Shown: positions 1-12,060, numbered from the stretch's first letter. The stretch is DNA of 64,000 bases from Candidatus Bathyarchaeota archaeon (GCA_963717465.1 OY970340.1:160001-224000), one strand, 5' to 3'. A program made the numbers and translations. The notes: generated by a model not told the origin, from the sequence alone.

Positions 1-806
1 ATAACCCTAAACCGAAGCTAATAGCGTAGGAGAGCAAAAGTCGATGGTTGTATCTTTTTAGTATAATCATTACAAAAGCGAATATCGCCACTAGGCCGAA
101 GAGGTAATACGCTGATCCCCAACCACCGGTGAAGAAGGCGAGGGCTAAGCCTGCGAGCACCGAATAAACGATGCAACTGTTTAAGGAGCGTTTTGTATCG
201 TTAGCTCTTAGGAAAAGCAGGATGTACAGTAATAATCCGAGGACGCCGACTGCTTCTGTTTCGTACCAGCCCAAATTTGATCTGCCGATAACTGATGGGT
301 CTAATGCTAAAAATAATGCTGCGAGTAAGCCGACTGTTTTTCCGCCCAGATCTTTGCCTATAAAGTATAGCACTAGTACCGCTAATGTGGCAAGAAATAC
401 AGGTAGGATTGATAAGAAAGTCATAAGGTTAATGTTTATGCCAATGGCGGAGACAGCTTCGTATGTTATTGCACCTACCCAGGGCAGGATGGGCAGGGAA
501 TTCATGTCTAGACCCCACGGATAGTTTTGTTGCATGTTAATCCAGTGAGTTGGCCAGTATGGTGATCCCAAGCCGTACTGGATCATGTGGCTGGTTAGGG
601 AGTATTCAAAGAATGAGTCAAATTCCCCAAGTTGTAACGTGCCGCTAGATAACGGTTCCCAAGCCATCGGCAATATTCGAATTGACGAAAGCGACAAAGA
701 GAATTAAAATTAAAGCTGAGTAGGACATTACCGTGGTTCGGTTCGCTTGAATGCGAAGCCTGCCAAAAGATTTCAAGCCCTTAACCAGTCTTTCCCTTTT
801 TGACAT
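1..806 (-). CDS. aglB: Oligosaccharyltransferase AglB/STT3, N-terminal part (runs off window start; 1-nt frameshift near 681)
   Basis: Manual minus-strand translation MSKRERLVKGLKSF...ILFVAFV/IRILPMAWE...LGEFDSFFEY...WINMQQNYPWG matches the STT3 EFDP/YPxG region. Absent from the ORF track because it is broken and partial. Confidence 0.85.
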
Positions 807-1091
807 TGTGTCTCTTTTCTCCATTCATCAGCGTTGAATGTAATTTTGAAGTTATAACCTTGTATATCGCAATGTGGTTTATTTATGGCTTTCCAACATA
901 GTTAACAATGCTTCGATTATCTCTGGCTTGCATATTTGCATTATTAATCAAATACGCGGTTTGTTTTTTGAAAAAATTTTTTCTTTAAGAATTGCTTTCA
1001 GATTAGCGAAACCAAATTTGGTATTTTGTTTTTTCGTTTTTAAAATTTAAAAATATAAAATGGTGACGTCTTAATTCTAAAAAGTTTTTTC

Positions 1092-1262
1092 TTAAGTTGC
1101 CTTTAAGGGTTTAACTTCTACGTTTAGAGGCATCAACGATAGTTTTCTGCCACATTTAGGGCAGTTTCCATTATGTAATTGAAGAATTTCATCTGGAGGC
1201 TTAAGCTCCACGCCTTCATATAATAGATTATTACAACCATGACAAATGACTCGTTGTGGCAT
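1092..1262 (-). CDS. Small Zn-ribbon protein (56 aa)
   Basis: MPQRVICHGCNNLLYEG...NCPKCGRKL has two CxxC pairs; GGAGG upstream; below the ORF-track length cutoff. Confidence 0.8.
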   Translation of the reverse strand: MPQRVICHGCNNLLYEGVELKPPDEILQLHNGNCPKCGRKLSLMPLNVEVKPLKAT

Positions 1263-1384
1263 CCCATTACCCTCCAGTATAACAGCCTGTGAGATATTTA
1301 TTGGTTACTAAGTAACCGTTACTAAGTGATCATTAATCTAAGAAATGCTTTAAGCGTAATTCGAATAAAAATGTTCAAGACTGG

Positions 1385-3478
1385 TTGTGCTCTTTGGAAA
1401 AGTACACTTTGATAATCACTGAAAAACCGGATGCTGCTGACAGAATAGCTAATGCACTTGATATTTCAGGTAAAGCTAAACGACTAGTAGAACAAGGTGT
1501 TCCATATTTTTGGGCGACAAGAAACGGTGGCATAGTTGTCGTGCCTTCATTGGGACACTTATACACTGTTGCAGGTACAAAACAAAGTAAAGCGAACTAT
1601 CCAGTTTTTGATTATCAATGGGTTCCAAGATACTGTGTTGAACGAGGATCGCAGAGAATCAAGACTTGGCTTAGGGTTATTTCAAGACTTGCAGAAAACG
1701 CTGAAAAATTCATCGATGCGTGCGATTTTGATGTTGAAGGTAGCATAATTGGCTATTGCATACTCAAATACGCTTGCGGCGATAAACAGGACATTGCTCA
1801 GCGAATGAAATATTCAACATTAACTGAAGAGGAAATTCAAAAATCGTACAATCAACTCATGGAAAATTTGGATTTTAAAATAATTGAGTCTGGACTTACA
1901 AGGCATGAAGTTGATTGGCTTTATGGAATAAATTTATCTAGAGCCTTAACATCAGCAGTCAAGAACTGCAGCGGGCAATACGCTACGCTTAGTACTGGAA
2001 GAGTTCAGGGGCCGACTTTAAAGTTTCTTGAAATTCGTGAACGTTACATACGCTCTTTTGTTCCCTCGCCTTATTGGAGTATAACTGCAAAAATAAACGT
2101 AGACAACTTTGTTCTTGAAGCGAAATACGAAAAAAGTGTATGCGAAACAAAAGCTGAAGCAAAAACGATTCTTGACGCTTGCAAAGACAAAGAAGGCATT
2201 GTAGAAAACATCGCTGTTAAAAAGTTTTTACAGAGTCCACCTTTCCCTTTTGATTTGGGTACGCTTCAAAGCGAAGCATATCGTCTTTTCAGGTACAAGC
2301 CACTGTATACTTTGAGTATTGCTCAACATTTGTATTTGAACGCTTTAATCTCTTACCCAAGAACCAGTAGCCAAAAATTGCCTCAGGCAATCGGTTATCA
2401 AGCCATACTTCGAAAATTATCTAAATGCTCTGCGTACAAACAACTGGCATTGATACTGCTCGCTAAATCAAGATTAATACCAAATGAAGGAAAGAGATTT
2501 GATTCAGCGCATCCGGCGATTTATCCAACGGGAAATTTGCCCACTAAACCTCTTGATAAATCTGAAAGCAACGTTTTTGATCTAATCGTTAAAAGGTTTC
2601 TAGCAGTTTTCGGTGAACCGGCGGTGAAGCAAAGCGAAAAAATGGATTTTAATATAAATGGGAAAATTTTCTTTTATTCAAGTCAACGAACATTAGTTGA
2701 CGGTTGGCTACAATTTTATAAACCTTATATCCACTCGTTAGACTTGCCTTTACCGCCTTTTGTTAAAGGACAGAAAATTAACGTTGAAAAAATAAGTGCT
2801 AAGAAAAATTTTACTAATCCACCAGCAAGATACAATCCCAGTAGTTTGCTTAAGAAGATGGAAAAAGCGGAAATTGGAACAAAAGCAACAAGGGCAGGAA
2901 TTATACAAACGTTGCTTGATCGAAAATATCTTCAAAGCGGGCAGAGTTTTACTGTAACTGATTTAGGTTTTGAAGTTATCGAAGTTTTAAGAAAATATTG
3001 TCCCACTCTATTATCCTCAGAATTAACAAGAGAATTAGATGAAAAAATGAATGAAATTCAGTTAGGAAACATGTCCAAAGAAGAAGTTTTGGCGCAAGCA
3101 ATTGAAATAATAAAGACTGCTGCAAAAGAACTTAAAGAAAACGAAGCCAACGTAGGTTTAATCTTAAGTCAAGCCCTAAGGAAATCCAGATTTGAAGAAA
3201 AATCCTCAACCAATTGCCCAGTGTGCCTTAAAGGTAAACTGGTGATTTTGCGTTCAAAGAAGACGGGAAAACGTTTTATCGGTTGCACAAATTATTTTGA
3301 AAACAAATGTAACGCCTCGTTTCCGCTTCCACAAACTGGCGCGATAAAACTTTTAAGGGCTACTTGTAAGAGTTGCGGTTGGCCCATCATAAGAGTCCTG
3401 ATCAAGCCGAAGCGACATTGGGACTTTTGTCTTAATCCTGAATGTGTATCAAAGAGGAAAGAGAAAAATGAAGTGTAA
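1385..3478 (+). CDS. topA: Type IA DNA topoisomerase
   Basis: TOPRIM ITEKP, DACDFDVEG, STGRVQGPTL, catalytic ISYPRT, C-terminal Zn ribbons. Confidence 0.95.
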   Translation: MCSLEKYTLIITEKPDAADRIANALDISGKAKRLVEQGVPYFWATRNGGIVVVPSLGHLYTVAGTKQSKANYPVFDYQWVPRYCVERGSQRIKTWLRVISRLAENAEKFIDACDFDVEGSIIGYCILKYACGDKQDIAQRMKYSTLTEEEIQKSYNQLMENLDFKIIESGLTRHEVDWLYGINLSRALTSAVKNCSGQYATLSTGRVQGPTLKFLEIRERYIRSFVPSPYWSITAKINVDNFVLEAKYEKSVCETKAEAKTILDACKDKEGIVENIAVKKFLQSPPFPFDLGTLQSEAYRLFRYKPLYTLSIAQHLYLNALISYPRTSSQKLPQAIGYQAILRKLSKCSAYKQLALILLAKSRLIPNEGKRFDSAHPAIYPTGNLPTKPLDKSESNVFDLIVKRFLAVFGEPAVKQSEKMDFNINGKIFFYSSQRTLVDGWLQFYKPYIHSLDLPLPPFVKGQKINVEKISAKKNFTNPPARYNPSSLLKKMEKAEIGTKATRAGIIQTLLDRKYLQSGQSFTVTDLGFEVIEVLRKYCPTLLSSELTRELDEKMNEIQLGNMSKEEVLAQAIEIIKTAAKELKENEANVGLILSQALRKSRFEEKSSTNCPVCLKGKLVILRSKKTGKRFIGCTNYFENKCNASFPLPQTGAIKLLRATCKSCGWPIIRVLIKPKRHWDFCLNPECVSKRKEKNEV

Positions 3479-3698
3479 AGTTTGCGGTCGAGAGGCTAAA
3501 GAAAAAGGATTTTGCCCATTACATTTGAAGGCGTACATGAACATAGTGGACAAATATGATGTCTGGGCTAAGGCGCTATCGATTTCTTGGAAACAGTATT
3601 TATCTGAGATTCAGAAAAATTCATTAACTGGAACATGGGCTAGAGAAGTGATAAAGTGCTTGACGGAGGAAGAAAAGCAAGTTGTCAAAGAGACCTAA
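3468..3698 (+). CDS. Conserved hypothetical protein with CxxC..CxxH
   Basis: MKCKVC...FCPLH; overlaps the topA stop. Confidence 0.7.
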   Translation: MKCKVCGREAKEKGFCPLHLKAYMNIVDKYDVWAKALSISWKQYLSEIQKNSLTGTWAREVIKCLTEEEKQVVKET

Positions 3699-4101
3699 AA
3701 AAAACGTGCCAAAACGTGCCTCATCATTTAGCCGAATGTACCGCAGATTGTCAACAATTCATCCTTCAACAGTTGTAATTGCTGCCGTTTTCGTTGCGTG
3801 TGCAATTTTCATTTTCAGCGGTGGGGTATGGACGGTTATTAATGCCCCGCCTCCCGCAGTATACTACAACAGTGAGTTTTACTTTTTATATCCAAGCTTA
3901 ACTAGCCAGTTCATATCAGATACAGTCATTTCTGCTGTTCTTTACTTGCTTGGTTTTGTAGGTTTACTAGCTATCTACCAGAGTACGAAGAACGCTTATA
4001 ATCCAAGACAAGCTTACATGCTACTAGCCATCGGGATTTCACTTTTAGTCGTGGCATACATAGCTTTGGAGGGTTCAATAGCCTTCAAAATATCAGGCTA
4101 A
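3682..4101 (+). CDS. OST3/OST6-like membrane subunit of oligosaccharyltransferase
   Basis: Three TM segments; FSGGVWTVINAPP and SQFISDTVISAVLY resemble the eukaryotic OST3/6 C-terminal motifs (SGxMWNxIRxPP, QFxxETxIV). Confidence 0.65.
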   Translation: MSKRPKKNVPKRASSFSRMYRRLSTIHPSTVVIAAVFVACAIFIFSGGVWTVINAPPPAVYYNSEFYFLYPSLTSQFISDTVISAVLYLLGFVGLLAIYQSTKNAYNPRQAYMLLAIGISLLVVAYIALEGSIAFKISG

Positions 4102-4113
4102 ATTAATCATACT

Positions 4114-4608
4114 TCACCAAGGATTACTTTTCAATTTTAGTTTGTAAGCAAGGAAGTTAGTAAACAAGTGAATCGGCGGCGTAACAATTAGAACTATCAC
4201 TGCCACTTCCCAGCCTATTATTGAAAGCGGAATCGCGAACAATAATGCGCCAACGACAAAATCTATTTGATCAACAACTGGCAATAGCCCTCCTGGATTA
4301 ATTCCTAAACGCCTCTTTGTGAAGGCACCAGCTAAATCACCAATCAAAGCACCTAAAGGTATCAACACACAAAATAAAATTGGAAAATTAAAAAGCAAAC
4401 ATTCAATTAACCCAACACCAGCCCCGACAAACCAACCGAAAAAAAAACCCTTAAAAGTCTTATTATTTCCAAAAATCCGCTTGCCATCAAAAAAATTCTT
4501 TCCAAAATCCATTGACAATCCGCCACCGGCAAGCACGGGTGCACCATTTGCACAATAAGCTGGAAAAATAAACTCCAAAGATGCAATAATCGCCGTAACT
4601 ATATCCAT
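4114..4608 (-). CDS. carS: CDP-archaeol synthase
   Basis: PAYCANGAPV, DGKRIFGxNKT, GDLAGAFTKRR, DQIDF, KLKSNPW. Confidence 0.93.
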   Translation of the reverse strand: MDIVTAIIASLEFIFPAYCANGAPVLAGGGLSMDFGKNFFDGKRIFGNNKTFKGFFFGWFVGAGVGLIECLLFNFPILFCVLIPLGALIGDLAGAFTKRRLGINPGGLLPVVDQIDFVVGALLFAIPLSIIGWEVAVIVLIVTPPIHLFTNFLAYKLKLKSNPW

Positions 4609-4623
4609 GTCCCATACCCGTTA

Positions 4624-5325
4624 TCAGTAGAGTTCAGTGTCACTAATTCCGCTTTCACCTATTTGTACATAACAGGTGGATTCCTTCAAGTTTTGGGAGG
4701 GCTTCTCCACTACTGCCTTAATGGTTTGAGGATTCTCGGTTTGCTCCATGTTGATAATGTTATCAGCCCAGAATTTTAAAACGCGACTAGCTACTGGAGC
4801 GATACTCACGCTTGAATCGTTAAAAACGCTGCGCACCTGACTTGTGATTACAAAGGGAATTTTTCTGATCGCTGCAGTTTGAGCTAGAATCGCTAATTGT
4901 CTGTTTAATTCACGATTTACTTCAAATCCCTTTTTCCCTTCGCTTTGAGAAACCTTTGCCCCATAAAGCGACGTTAAAGTGTCAATGATTACTAAACCAA
5001 AATTCTTGGCTGTATAATCCGAAATGCTATCAACCACCACTGCTTGCTCCTTAAAGTCAACTGGTCTTAACAAGATAATCAGTTCAGCGATTTTATCAAA
5101 GTTATTTGACGATAACTGGGATAACCTTTTGGCTGAAAAAGTATTATCGCAATCAACAAACAATGTTTTGAATCCTTGCATGGCACAGTTAACTGCGCAT
5201 TGCATAGCCAGTGTTGATTTTCCGGTTTCAGGTTCACCGTAAATTAACGTAACACTTCCAGGTGAAATTCCTCCGCCAAGGTTTCTGTCTATGCATTTGC
5301 AGCCTGTAAGGATTTTTTTAATCAA
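4624..5325 (-). CDS. radB: RadB-like RecA-family ATPase
   Basis: LTGCKCIDRNLGGG, Walker A GEPETGKS, Walker B VIIDT. Confidence 0.85.
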   Translation of the reverse strand: MIKKILTGCKCIDRNLGGGISPGSVTLIYGEPETGKSTLAMQCAVNCAMQGFKTLFVDCDNTFSAKRLSQLSSNNFDKIAELIILLRPVDFKEQAVVVDSISDYTAKNFGLVIIDTLTSLYGAKVSQSEGKKGFEVNRELNRQLAILAQTAAIRKIPFVITSQVRSVFNDSSVSIAPVASRVLKFWADNIINMEQTENPQTIKAVVEKPSQNLKESTCYVQIGESGISDTELY

Positions 5326-5403
5326 GATGTATGCACATCAATGATTATTAACTGTAAAACTAATAATGTGTTGCGCTTAGATTATAAGTATCTTGGAAGA
5401 TGT

Positions 5404-6053
5404 ATGAAAGCAAAAGTTGCAGTAGCGACAGTCCAGGGAAAGGTATACTTTCTTGTCGTAAATGAGCTGAAAGAAAGAAGCATTCCTTTTTTAAGTTTAA
5501 TTCCAGGTCAATCAGTGCCTTCTGGAAGTTAAAGCAGTCATAACTACGGAGAAAGAGCAGAGTTTGGTTGATTATGGTGAAAAAATAGTTTTAAGCGATG
5601 AATCTGAACTGGAAGGAGTAATAAGCAGAGTAACACAAATGCTTCAAGGCAAAAAATCCTATGATAAAATAGTTATCGGGGTCGATCCAGGCGAAGTTTT
5701 CGGTTTAGCAGCAATATTATGATGGGAAAGTAAACGAAAAAGAAAACTTGTATAATGTGCATGAAGTTGCAATTAAAATAAAAAGTATCTTAAAGAACGT
5801 GGATTTTGCTTCAACCAGCGTTATCGTCAAAATAGGCAACGGCGTTCCAACATACAAGGAATTAATCTTAGAGCTGGATGAAACTCTGCCAGTTCATGTT
5901 AATTTGGAAATCGTCAGCGAAGCTGGATCAAATAAGCCATTAAAAGAAAATAAACGCAGCCGAAGTCTAAGACACATTTCTTCTGCCATACGTATCGCCG
6001 CAAGAGAAGGCTACATTTATCCACGGAGAAGAAATATTGAACAAAACAGTTGA
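5404..6053 (+). CDS. Hypothetical protein with an RNase H-like IGVDPG motif; two apparent 1-nt frameshifts (~5521, ~5720)
   Basis: MKAKVAVATVQGK... continues across the shifts into IVIGVDPGEVFG and VKIGNG...HISSAIRIA. Confidence 0.6.
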
Positions 6054-7090
6054 TTCAAACAAGACATTGTTGATTGATGGCCCCGCTTCCTTAACGGTTG
6101 TTTCTGGCAAAGTTGAGGTTTTCGGCGCGCAAGCTAAATGGTTTGGAAGAATCTTAATCCGAGATGGAAAACGCCTGCCTTTCTATGTTGAAGAGAAGGC
6201 GAGTTTTGAATTGTCGCTGGGATCAAAGGGCGCAGCAACCGAAGTCGATGGCAACACTATTCCAGCATCATGGATTCAACTTGCCAAGAATTTATTCCTT
6301 ATCAAGAAAAAGCCCGCGGATGTAATGTTTTTGGGGAAATCTGATTCTGGGAAAAGCAGCCTCTGCACTTACTTGCTTAACAAATTAGTTAATGGAAGAA
6401 AAGTTGCTGTTTTAGATGGTGACATGGGACAATCTGACATTGGTCCACCGTGTACAATTGGATATGCTTTTTCAAATAAGCCTATCACAGAATTGTATGA
6501 GTTAAAGTTGGAAAATGCGGTTTTTCTGGGTGTTACGTCACCAGTTAGAGCTTTAGTTGAAACGATTGAGGGTTTAGTTCAATTGGAGAATGCTATCTTT
6601 AGATATAGCCCAGATTTTATTTTAGTTAACACCGATGGTTGGGTGACGGGTGATGCCGCAGCAAAGCATAAGGCTCAAATGGTTGAGGCGTTGAAACCAG
6701 AAGTAGTTGTGTGTTTTGAAGAGAAGGATGAGCTAAAATTTTTGCTTGAAAACTTGACGAATACTTTAGTTGTTAAAGTGGAGCCATCTGTTTACGTTAA
6801 CGAGAGAAGCGCTGATAGACGCAGAATGATTCGAGAAATGAGTTATGCGAAGTACTTGGATGGCGCTAAAGTAAAAACCTTTGTTCTATCTCAACTGAAA
6901 TTGGAAAACACGAATGCTTTGCATGTAATTAGCAGCTGCGGAGAATTTGTTGGTAGCTTTCAAGGATGCTTTGGGCAAGTTTTTAGGAATTGGTGTTTTG
7001 CTTGAATTGAACAGTGTTAGAATGAAAGTTTTAACGCCTGTTTCCGTTAAGCCAACAGTCGTCATTATTGGTCAAGAGTGTATGCTTTAA
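6037..7090 (+). CDS. Clp1/Grc3-family polynucleotide 5'-hydroxyl kinase (frameshift near 6935)
   Basis: GKSDSGKS, DGDMGQSDIGPP, NTDGW, RRRMIRE; the C-terminus FLGIGVL...KVLTPV continues in another frame. Confidence 0.85.
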
Positions 7091-7092
7091 TT

Positions 7093-9028
7093 TTAGGTTT
7101 TTTCTTGTTTGAAGAATTCAGTTATTTCTTTTGCTAATATGCCGTCTACTTCAGGAAGAGTTTTCAATCCATTTGTTATCCATGAAGGGCAAAAATCTTC
7201 GGCAGTAACTTGTGGAAAATCTGGAATCGAGAAAAACTATAGCACCATAGTCTTCCAGCGTCCTGATTGGTCTGCCTGCCGCTTGAGATGCCTTTTTCAT
7301 AGCGGGAAGAACGTAGCCGTATTCACGACCAAAGCCTGAGAAACATTTTTCGTAATATTCGATTTGCGCTTTAACTCTTGGCGTTGGCTCCGCATATGGA
7401 ACCCCAACAATTATGACAGAGTTCATTTGGTTACCTGGAAAATCCACGCCTTCAGATGTTCTTCCTCCTTGAACGCCCAGAAAAACTGCGCCGCCTTTAT
7501 CGCCGCATGCTTTGAAGTCAGATACTATTTTCTCGTTTTCTTTAGATGTCATGCCTCTTTTCTCATGGAAGAGCGGTCTTTCGATGGCAAATCCTAAGCC
7601 TTCGTTGACTAGAGAGTTTAGAACCTCAAAAGAGGCGGCGAAGATCCCAGTGTTTGTAGGAGTATTCTTTACGACTTCATTTATTCTCTTAATTATTGTA
7701 TGGTACATGGTTGGTGTTCTTTTTTCCATCGAAGTTGTGACGCCCATGGAAACTGCGGAAAACACGTGTTCTTTTGGAAACGGCGATGGAACAAGATATT
7801 GCACCGTATTTCTTGGAAGTTTTGTTATTTTCGAGTAAGCATCCAAAGGCTGCAGGGTTCCCGACATTACAACGTTAGCGTAGGTGGATGAAAAGACGGG
7901 TTCAGTAATTTTTGATGGGTCTAACGCCACTATTTCCAGCTTGGCAGTTTTCCCTTTTTCTTTACTTGAATAACTACTTGCAATATTTATGAATGAGTCA
8001 TCGCCCACAGTTTCAAGCCAACTAAGCAAAAATTCGCTTAAGGCATGAATGTATGAGCGCGGATTTTTTCCTTCAGAAAGCAAATTTCGTTTTATGGTTG
8101 CTCCGACTTCATGAAGCTCCTCAAAATATTCACGTGGATTACCTACGCCATGTTTTTGAATTTTGTCAACGAGTGTTTGGGCAGAAATTATTTCTTCACG
8201 ATTTATTTTATCGGTTAATTCTTCAACCTCTTGACGAAGGAACACTACAAAATTTTCAACGCCTTTATCTCCGAATTTGACTGCTTCAAGTTCAGCTTGT
8301 TTTAACCCAAAAAGTGATAGCGAGCTGCTGGAAATGTCGATTGCTGTTTCAGGCAAGTTATGAGCTTCATCGACGACTAAAATAATTTTTGAAAGGTCTG
8401 TGCCCAAGTTTTTTAGGAATGAAGTTCTAATCGCTGGATCAAAAACGTACAGGTAGCTTAAAGCAATAACTTTGCAGTCTGAAAGCGAAGATTTCACCAG
8501 TTCATAAGGACACAATTCCTTTTTCTTGCAGACACGCAAAATTTCAGACGCCGTGTAAGGCCGACTTGACAGTTGCTGTTGAAGCTGAAGGTAATCATAA
8601 GTTTGCTCATCTACGTTAAGGTAGTAGGGGCATCGGCCTTTAGCTTTAAGCAACTCGCAAACTTCCATAAGTGATTTAGAATCAAAAGCGCCCTTCGCAG
8701 CAAAAACGTTGAGGCACATTTCATTGCGTCCTCGAATTGAAACACCTGTGACGGGGTGTTTCTTGTAAACCGCTCGCAGTTCTTCTATAACTCGGTCATG
8801 TTGTCTGTGTGTTCTTGCTACGTAGAGAATTCTCAAGTTTTTTTCGAAAGCAACAGGTAAGCATGCAGCTAACGCGGAGATTGTTTTTCCTAAACCGTTA
8901 CTTCCTTCGATGAGAACAGATTGCCTATCATGGACTGACGCGTAAACAGTGTTTATGAATTGGTCCTGATGCGGTCGTACACTGCTATAGGGGAAGTACC
9001 CTGAGACTTCTTTAGGCATCTGCATCAT
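7093..9028 (-). CDS. XPD/Rad3/DinG-family Fe-S DNA helicase (frameshift near 7187)
   Basis: GSNGLGKT, Fe-S cysteines, VDEAHN, SEGVDF, QAAGRPIR; the true C-terminus SWITNGLKTL... is in a shifted frame. Confidence 0.9.
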
Positions 9029-9705
9029 TATTTCCACTGTCCTCTTGTCGGGCAATACATGTTAATGGGGCATTTTTCACATAGCGGATGCCTGGCTTTG
9101 CAGTATTTTCTTCCATGCTCTATCAACAAAACGTGTACAGGAAAGTAATCTTCGGCTTGATAAAGCCCTTGAAGGCTAGCGCGGACATCTTCGTACTTAC
9201 CATTGGCAGGCGCAAAGCCTAAACGCTTTGAGACTAAGTCTACATGCGTATCCACGGGAATCGTCGGTTTCTTAGCGGAAAATAATAGAACGACATCTGC
9301 CGTTTTCGGTCCTATCCCTGGCAGTTCGAGAAGTGTTTTTCTTGCCTCAGCGAAAGGCAGAATTAAAATCGGTTTTAATGAGCCATGATATTTTTCCATG
9401 AGAACCTTCGATACCTGCTTGATTACTTTAGCTTTATTCCTGTATAATCCGCCAGCGTGCAGGCAACGTTCAATCTGACTGATTTTAGCGTTCGACAGAA
9501 CTTTTGGGTCAATTTTGAAATGTTTCGATAAATTTTCAAAAGCTCTCGTCGTGTTTTGCTCGGACGTGTTTTGCGAAATAATCGTTCTAACAAGTGTTTC
9601 GTATGGGTCGCTTAATTCAGGCCATTGAGGCATAGACAGAGCTGACTTAAGCCTCTGCAATATTTCTGCTGCCCGATTCTCACCCATTAATTTTTCCCGC
9701 ACCAA
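9028..9705 (-). CDS. Endonuclease III-like HhH-GPD glycosylase
   Basis: LPGIGPKTA, PVDTHV, Cx6Cx2Cx5C. Confidence 0.9.
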   Translation of the reverse strand: MVREKLMGENRAAEILQRLKSALSMPQWPELSDPYETLVRTIISQNTSEQNTTRAFENLSKHFKIDPKVLSNAKISQIERCLHAGGLYRNKAKVIKQVSKVLMEKYHGSLKPILILPFAEARKTLLELPGIGPKTADVVLLFSAKKPTIPVDTHVDLVSKRLGFAPANGKYEDVRASLQGLYQAEDYFPVHVLLIEHGRKYCKARHPLCEKCPINMYCPTRGQWK

Positions 9706-9900
9706 ATCCAGAATATCCTCAGTGTGACATCGAGTATAAATATGCTCAGCGTTGAAGCGGCATTTTGAAGTTTAAAACTAGCTGTAATATTTGTTTGTGG
9801 GATTGAGATCAGAATGACAGCATCATTCGTTTTCGTTTATCGGTTATGAAGTCTTTTTAAGTGGACACGCCATAAATCAACTATTCCAAGGTGCAGAAAA

Positions 9901-10272
9901 GTGGAGAGGGCAAACGTTATCAAAGAGGAGTTAACTAATGAGGAAAACCGTTTCTTAGCCGTTTACATTGAAGCAAAAAATAGTTGCTTAGTCTTGCTAA
10001 GCGAAAAAGAAGACAAACTTGGAACAACTGCTATAGCCGTACCAAAACCAGCAGACCAATTGGGTTTAGCTTCTTCTTCTGTGCTCGTCGGCGACAGAAA
10101 CGTTATTTCTGCACGAATGTTTGCTGAGTATGTTGCTGCGAAGAAAGGAAAAATCGCGGTTGTTTCTGTTTATCTGGATACCATTGATGAAATGCAGGCG
10201 CAGTCCATTTTCTTGAAGCTTCTTGAAAAGGTTCTGCAGGCGGAAAAAAGTAAAGAGGCAACTGCAACCTAA
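9901..10272 (+). CDS. Conserved hypothetical protein (possibly proteasome assembly chaperone-like)
   Basis: Clean ORF with GGTG upstream; KLGTTAIAVP motif. Confidence 0.55.
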   Translation: MERANVIKEELTNEENRFLAVYIEAKNSCLVLLSEKEDKLGTTAIAVPKPADQLGLASSSVLVGDRNVISARMFAEYVAAKKGKIAVVSVYLDTIDEMQAQSIFLKLLEKVLQAEKSKEATAT

Positions 10273-10300
10273 AAATAGTCAAAGGTAAATCCTTTCGTGC

Positions 10301-10805
10301 ATGGTGAAGGAAACGATCCGCAAATTATCAAGTCGTGACTTCAACGCAATCTTAACTGTGGTAAATGATGCAGCTATTGCTTACAAGGGAGTTATTCCTT
10401 CTGACAGGTGGAAGGAACCTTACATGCCCGCTGATGAACTGGAATTGGAAATGAAGAGTGGAGTTCAGTTTTACGGAGTATTTTGAAGACAAAGAGTTAG
10501 TTGCTGCAATGGGGATTCAGTCGGTTAAAGATGTTACGTTAATCAGGCATGCATACGTGCTTACTAGTCGTCAACGCAGGGGACTTGGGGAAAAATTGCT
10601 GACTCATCTTAAGGGTTTAGCATTGACGCCTAAAGTTTATGTCGGAACATGGAGTGCTGCTTGGTGGGCAATTCGTTTCTACGAGAAGAACGGCTTTAAG
10701 CTGGTTTCGCAATCGGAAAAGGATAAACTCCTAAAAGAGTATTGGAATATTCCTGAAAGGCAAATAGAAACTTCTGTTGTACTTGAACTTAAAAGGCAAG
10801 CATGA
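10301..10805 (+). CDS. GNAT acetyltransferase (1-nt frameshift near 10478)
   Basis: The two track ORFs join into one protein: IRHAYV..RQRRGLG, AIRFYEKNGF. Confidence 0.85.
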
Positions 10806-11876
10806 TGAAAAAAACCTTAATTCTCAAAGTTGACAAGCAAAATCCTGAACTGGAAAAAATAAGGATTGCAGCAAAAAGGATACAGGATGGGGGATTAGTT
10901 GCTTTTCCAACTGAAACAGTTTATGGTTTAGGGGCAGATGCGTTAAATTCAACCGCGGTTTTAGCCCTTTTTGAGGCAAAAAAGCGACCCTTGGATAATC
11001 CGCCTATTGTTCACGTTGCAAATAAAAGCACAGTCTACGAACTTGCCAGGGATGTTTCACTTAAGGCTGAAAAGTTAATGAAAATAGTTTTGGCCTGGTC
11101 CATTAACATTGATTCTTAAGCATTCAAAAATCGTGCCGAAAGTCACAGTTACCGGTTTAGACACGATTGCATTGAGAATGCCCAATCATGAAGTTGCTTT
11201 AGCATTAATTAAGGAGAGTGGTTGCCCCATTGCAGCACCAAGCGCAAATCTCTCAGGCAAGCCAAGCCCAACATGTGCTCAGCATGTTTTTGACGATTTG
11301 AACGGAAGAATAGATGTTATTTTAGACGGAGGTGCCGCGGATGTTGGTGTTGAATCTACTGTCGTTGATTTAAGTGTTGATCCACCGATGATTCTTCGTC
11401 CAGGCGGAACACCGTTTGAGAAGTTAAAAGAGGTTCTTGGCGACTTGAAGCTTCATCCCATGGTTGAAGCTCAAGAAGAATTATCCATTGCACATGTGCC
11501 CTCGCCTGGAATGAAACATAAACATTACGCACCTAATGCACAAGTTATTCTTGTTGAAGGCGATGTCTCTTTAGTTGTCGAAAAAGTGAAAGCTTTGGCA
11601 GAGGATTACCGCCTTAAAGGATTCAAAGTTGGAATTTTAGCCACCGACGAAACTAAAGCCGCGTACAGGGCTGACGTAGTTAAAACGTTGGGGAGCCGTT
11701 CATACTTGGCGTCAATTGCTCAAAACCTGTTTAAACTCTTAAGAGAATTCGATTCAGAAAACGTGGACGTAATTATCGCTGAAGGCGTTTCTTCACAAGG
11801 ACTCGGCTTGGCTGTGCTAAACAGACTTCGCAAAGCTTCAGGCTATCACATCGTTAGAGTGGGAAACAGCAAATGA
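10802..11876 (+). CDS. sua5: Threonylcarbamoyl-AMP synthase Sua5 (frameshift near 11085)
   Basis: AFPTETVYGLG, KKRPLDNP, FWPGPLT (shifted frame), AAPSAN, PGMKHKHYAP. Confidence 0.92.
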
Positions 11877-12060
11877 AGAGCCTCATGTTATGTAACGGTA
11901 GAATTACAGTCACATATTCTTAAATTATCGCTAAATCTTGTTAAATTGTATATTTCGTGTTAAATATCCCTTAGAAAAGACGAAGCATAACTGTCTTTTC
12001 ACTTGACGCGAAAGGAGAGAATTTCGAAAATGCAGGATTTTTGTTTTTGGAGGTGAAAGT

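Noticed and set aside
660..11110. Frameshifts in aglB, the 5404 ORF, clp1, the XPD-like helicase, GNAT and sua5 (also the permease at ~59158 and ~59268) as programmed frameshifts or introns
   Set aside because: Each appears to be a single-base indel with no BHB or slippery signal that I could see, and several hit conserved housekeeping genes. Most likely sequencing or assembly error, unlike the 31-nt structured pcm insertion.
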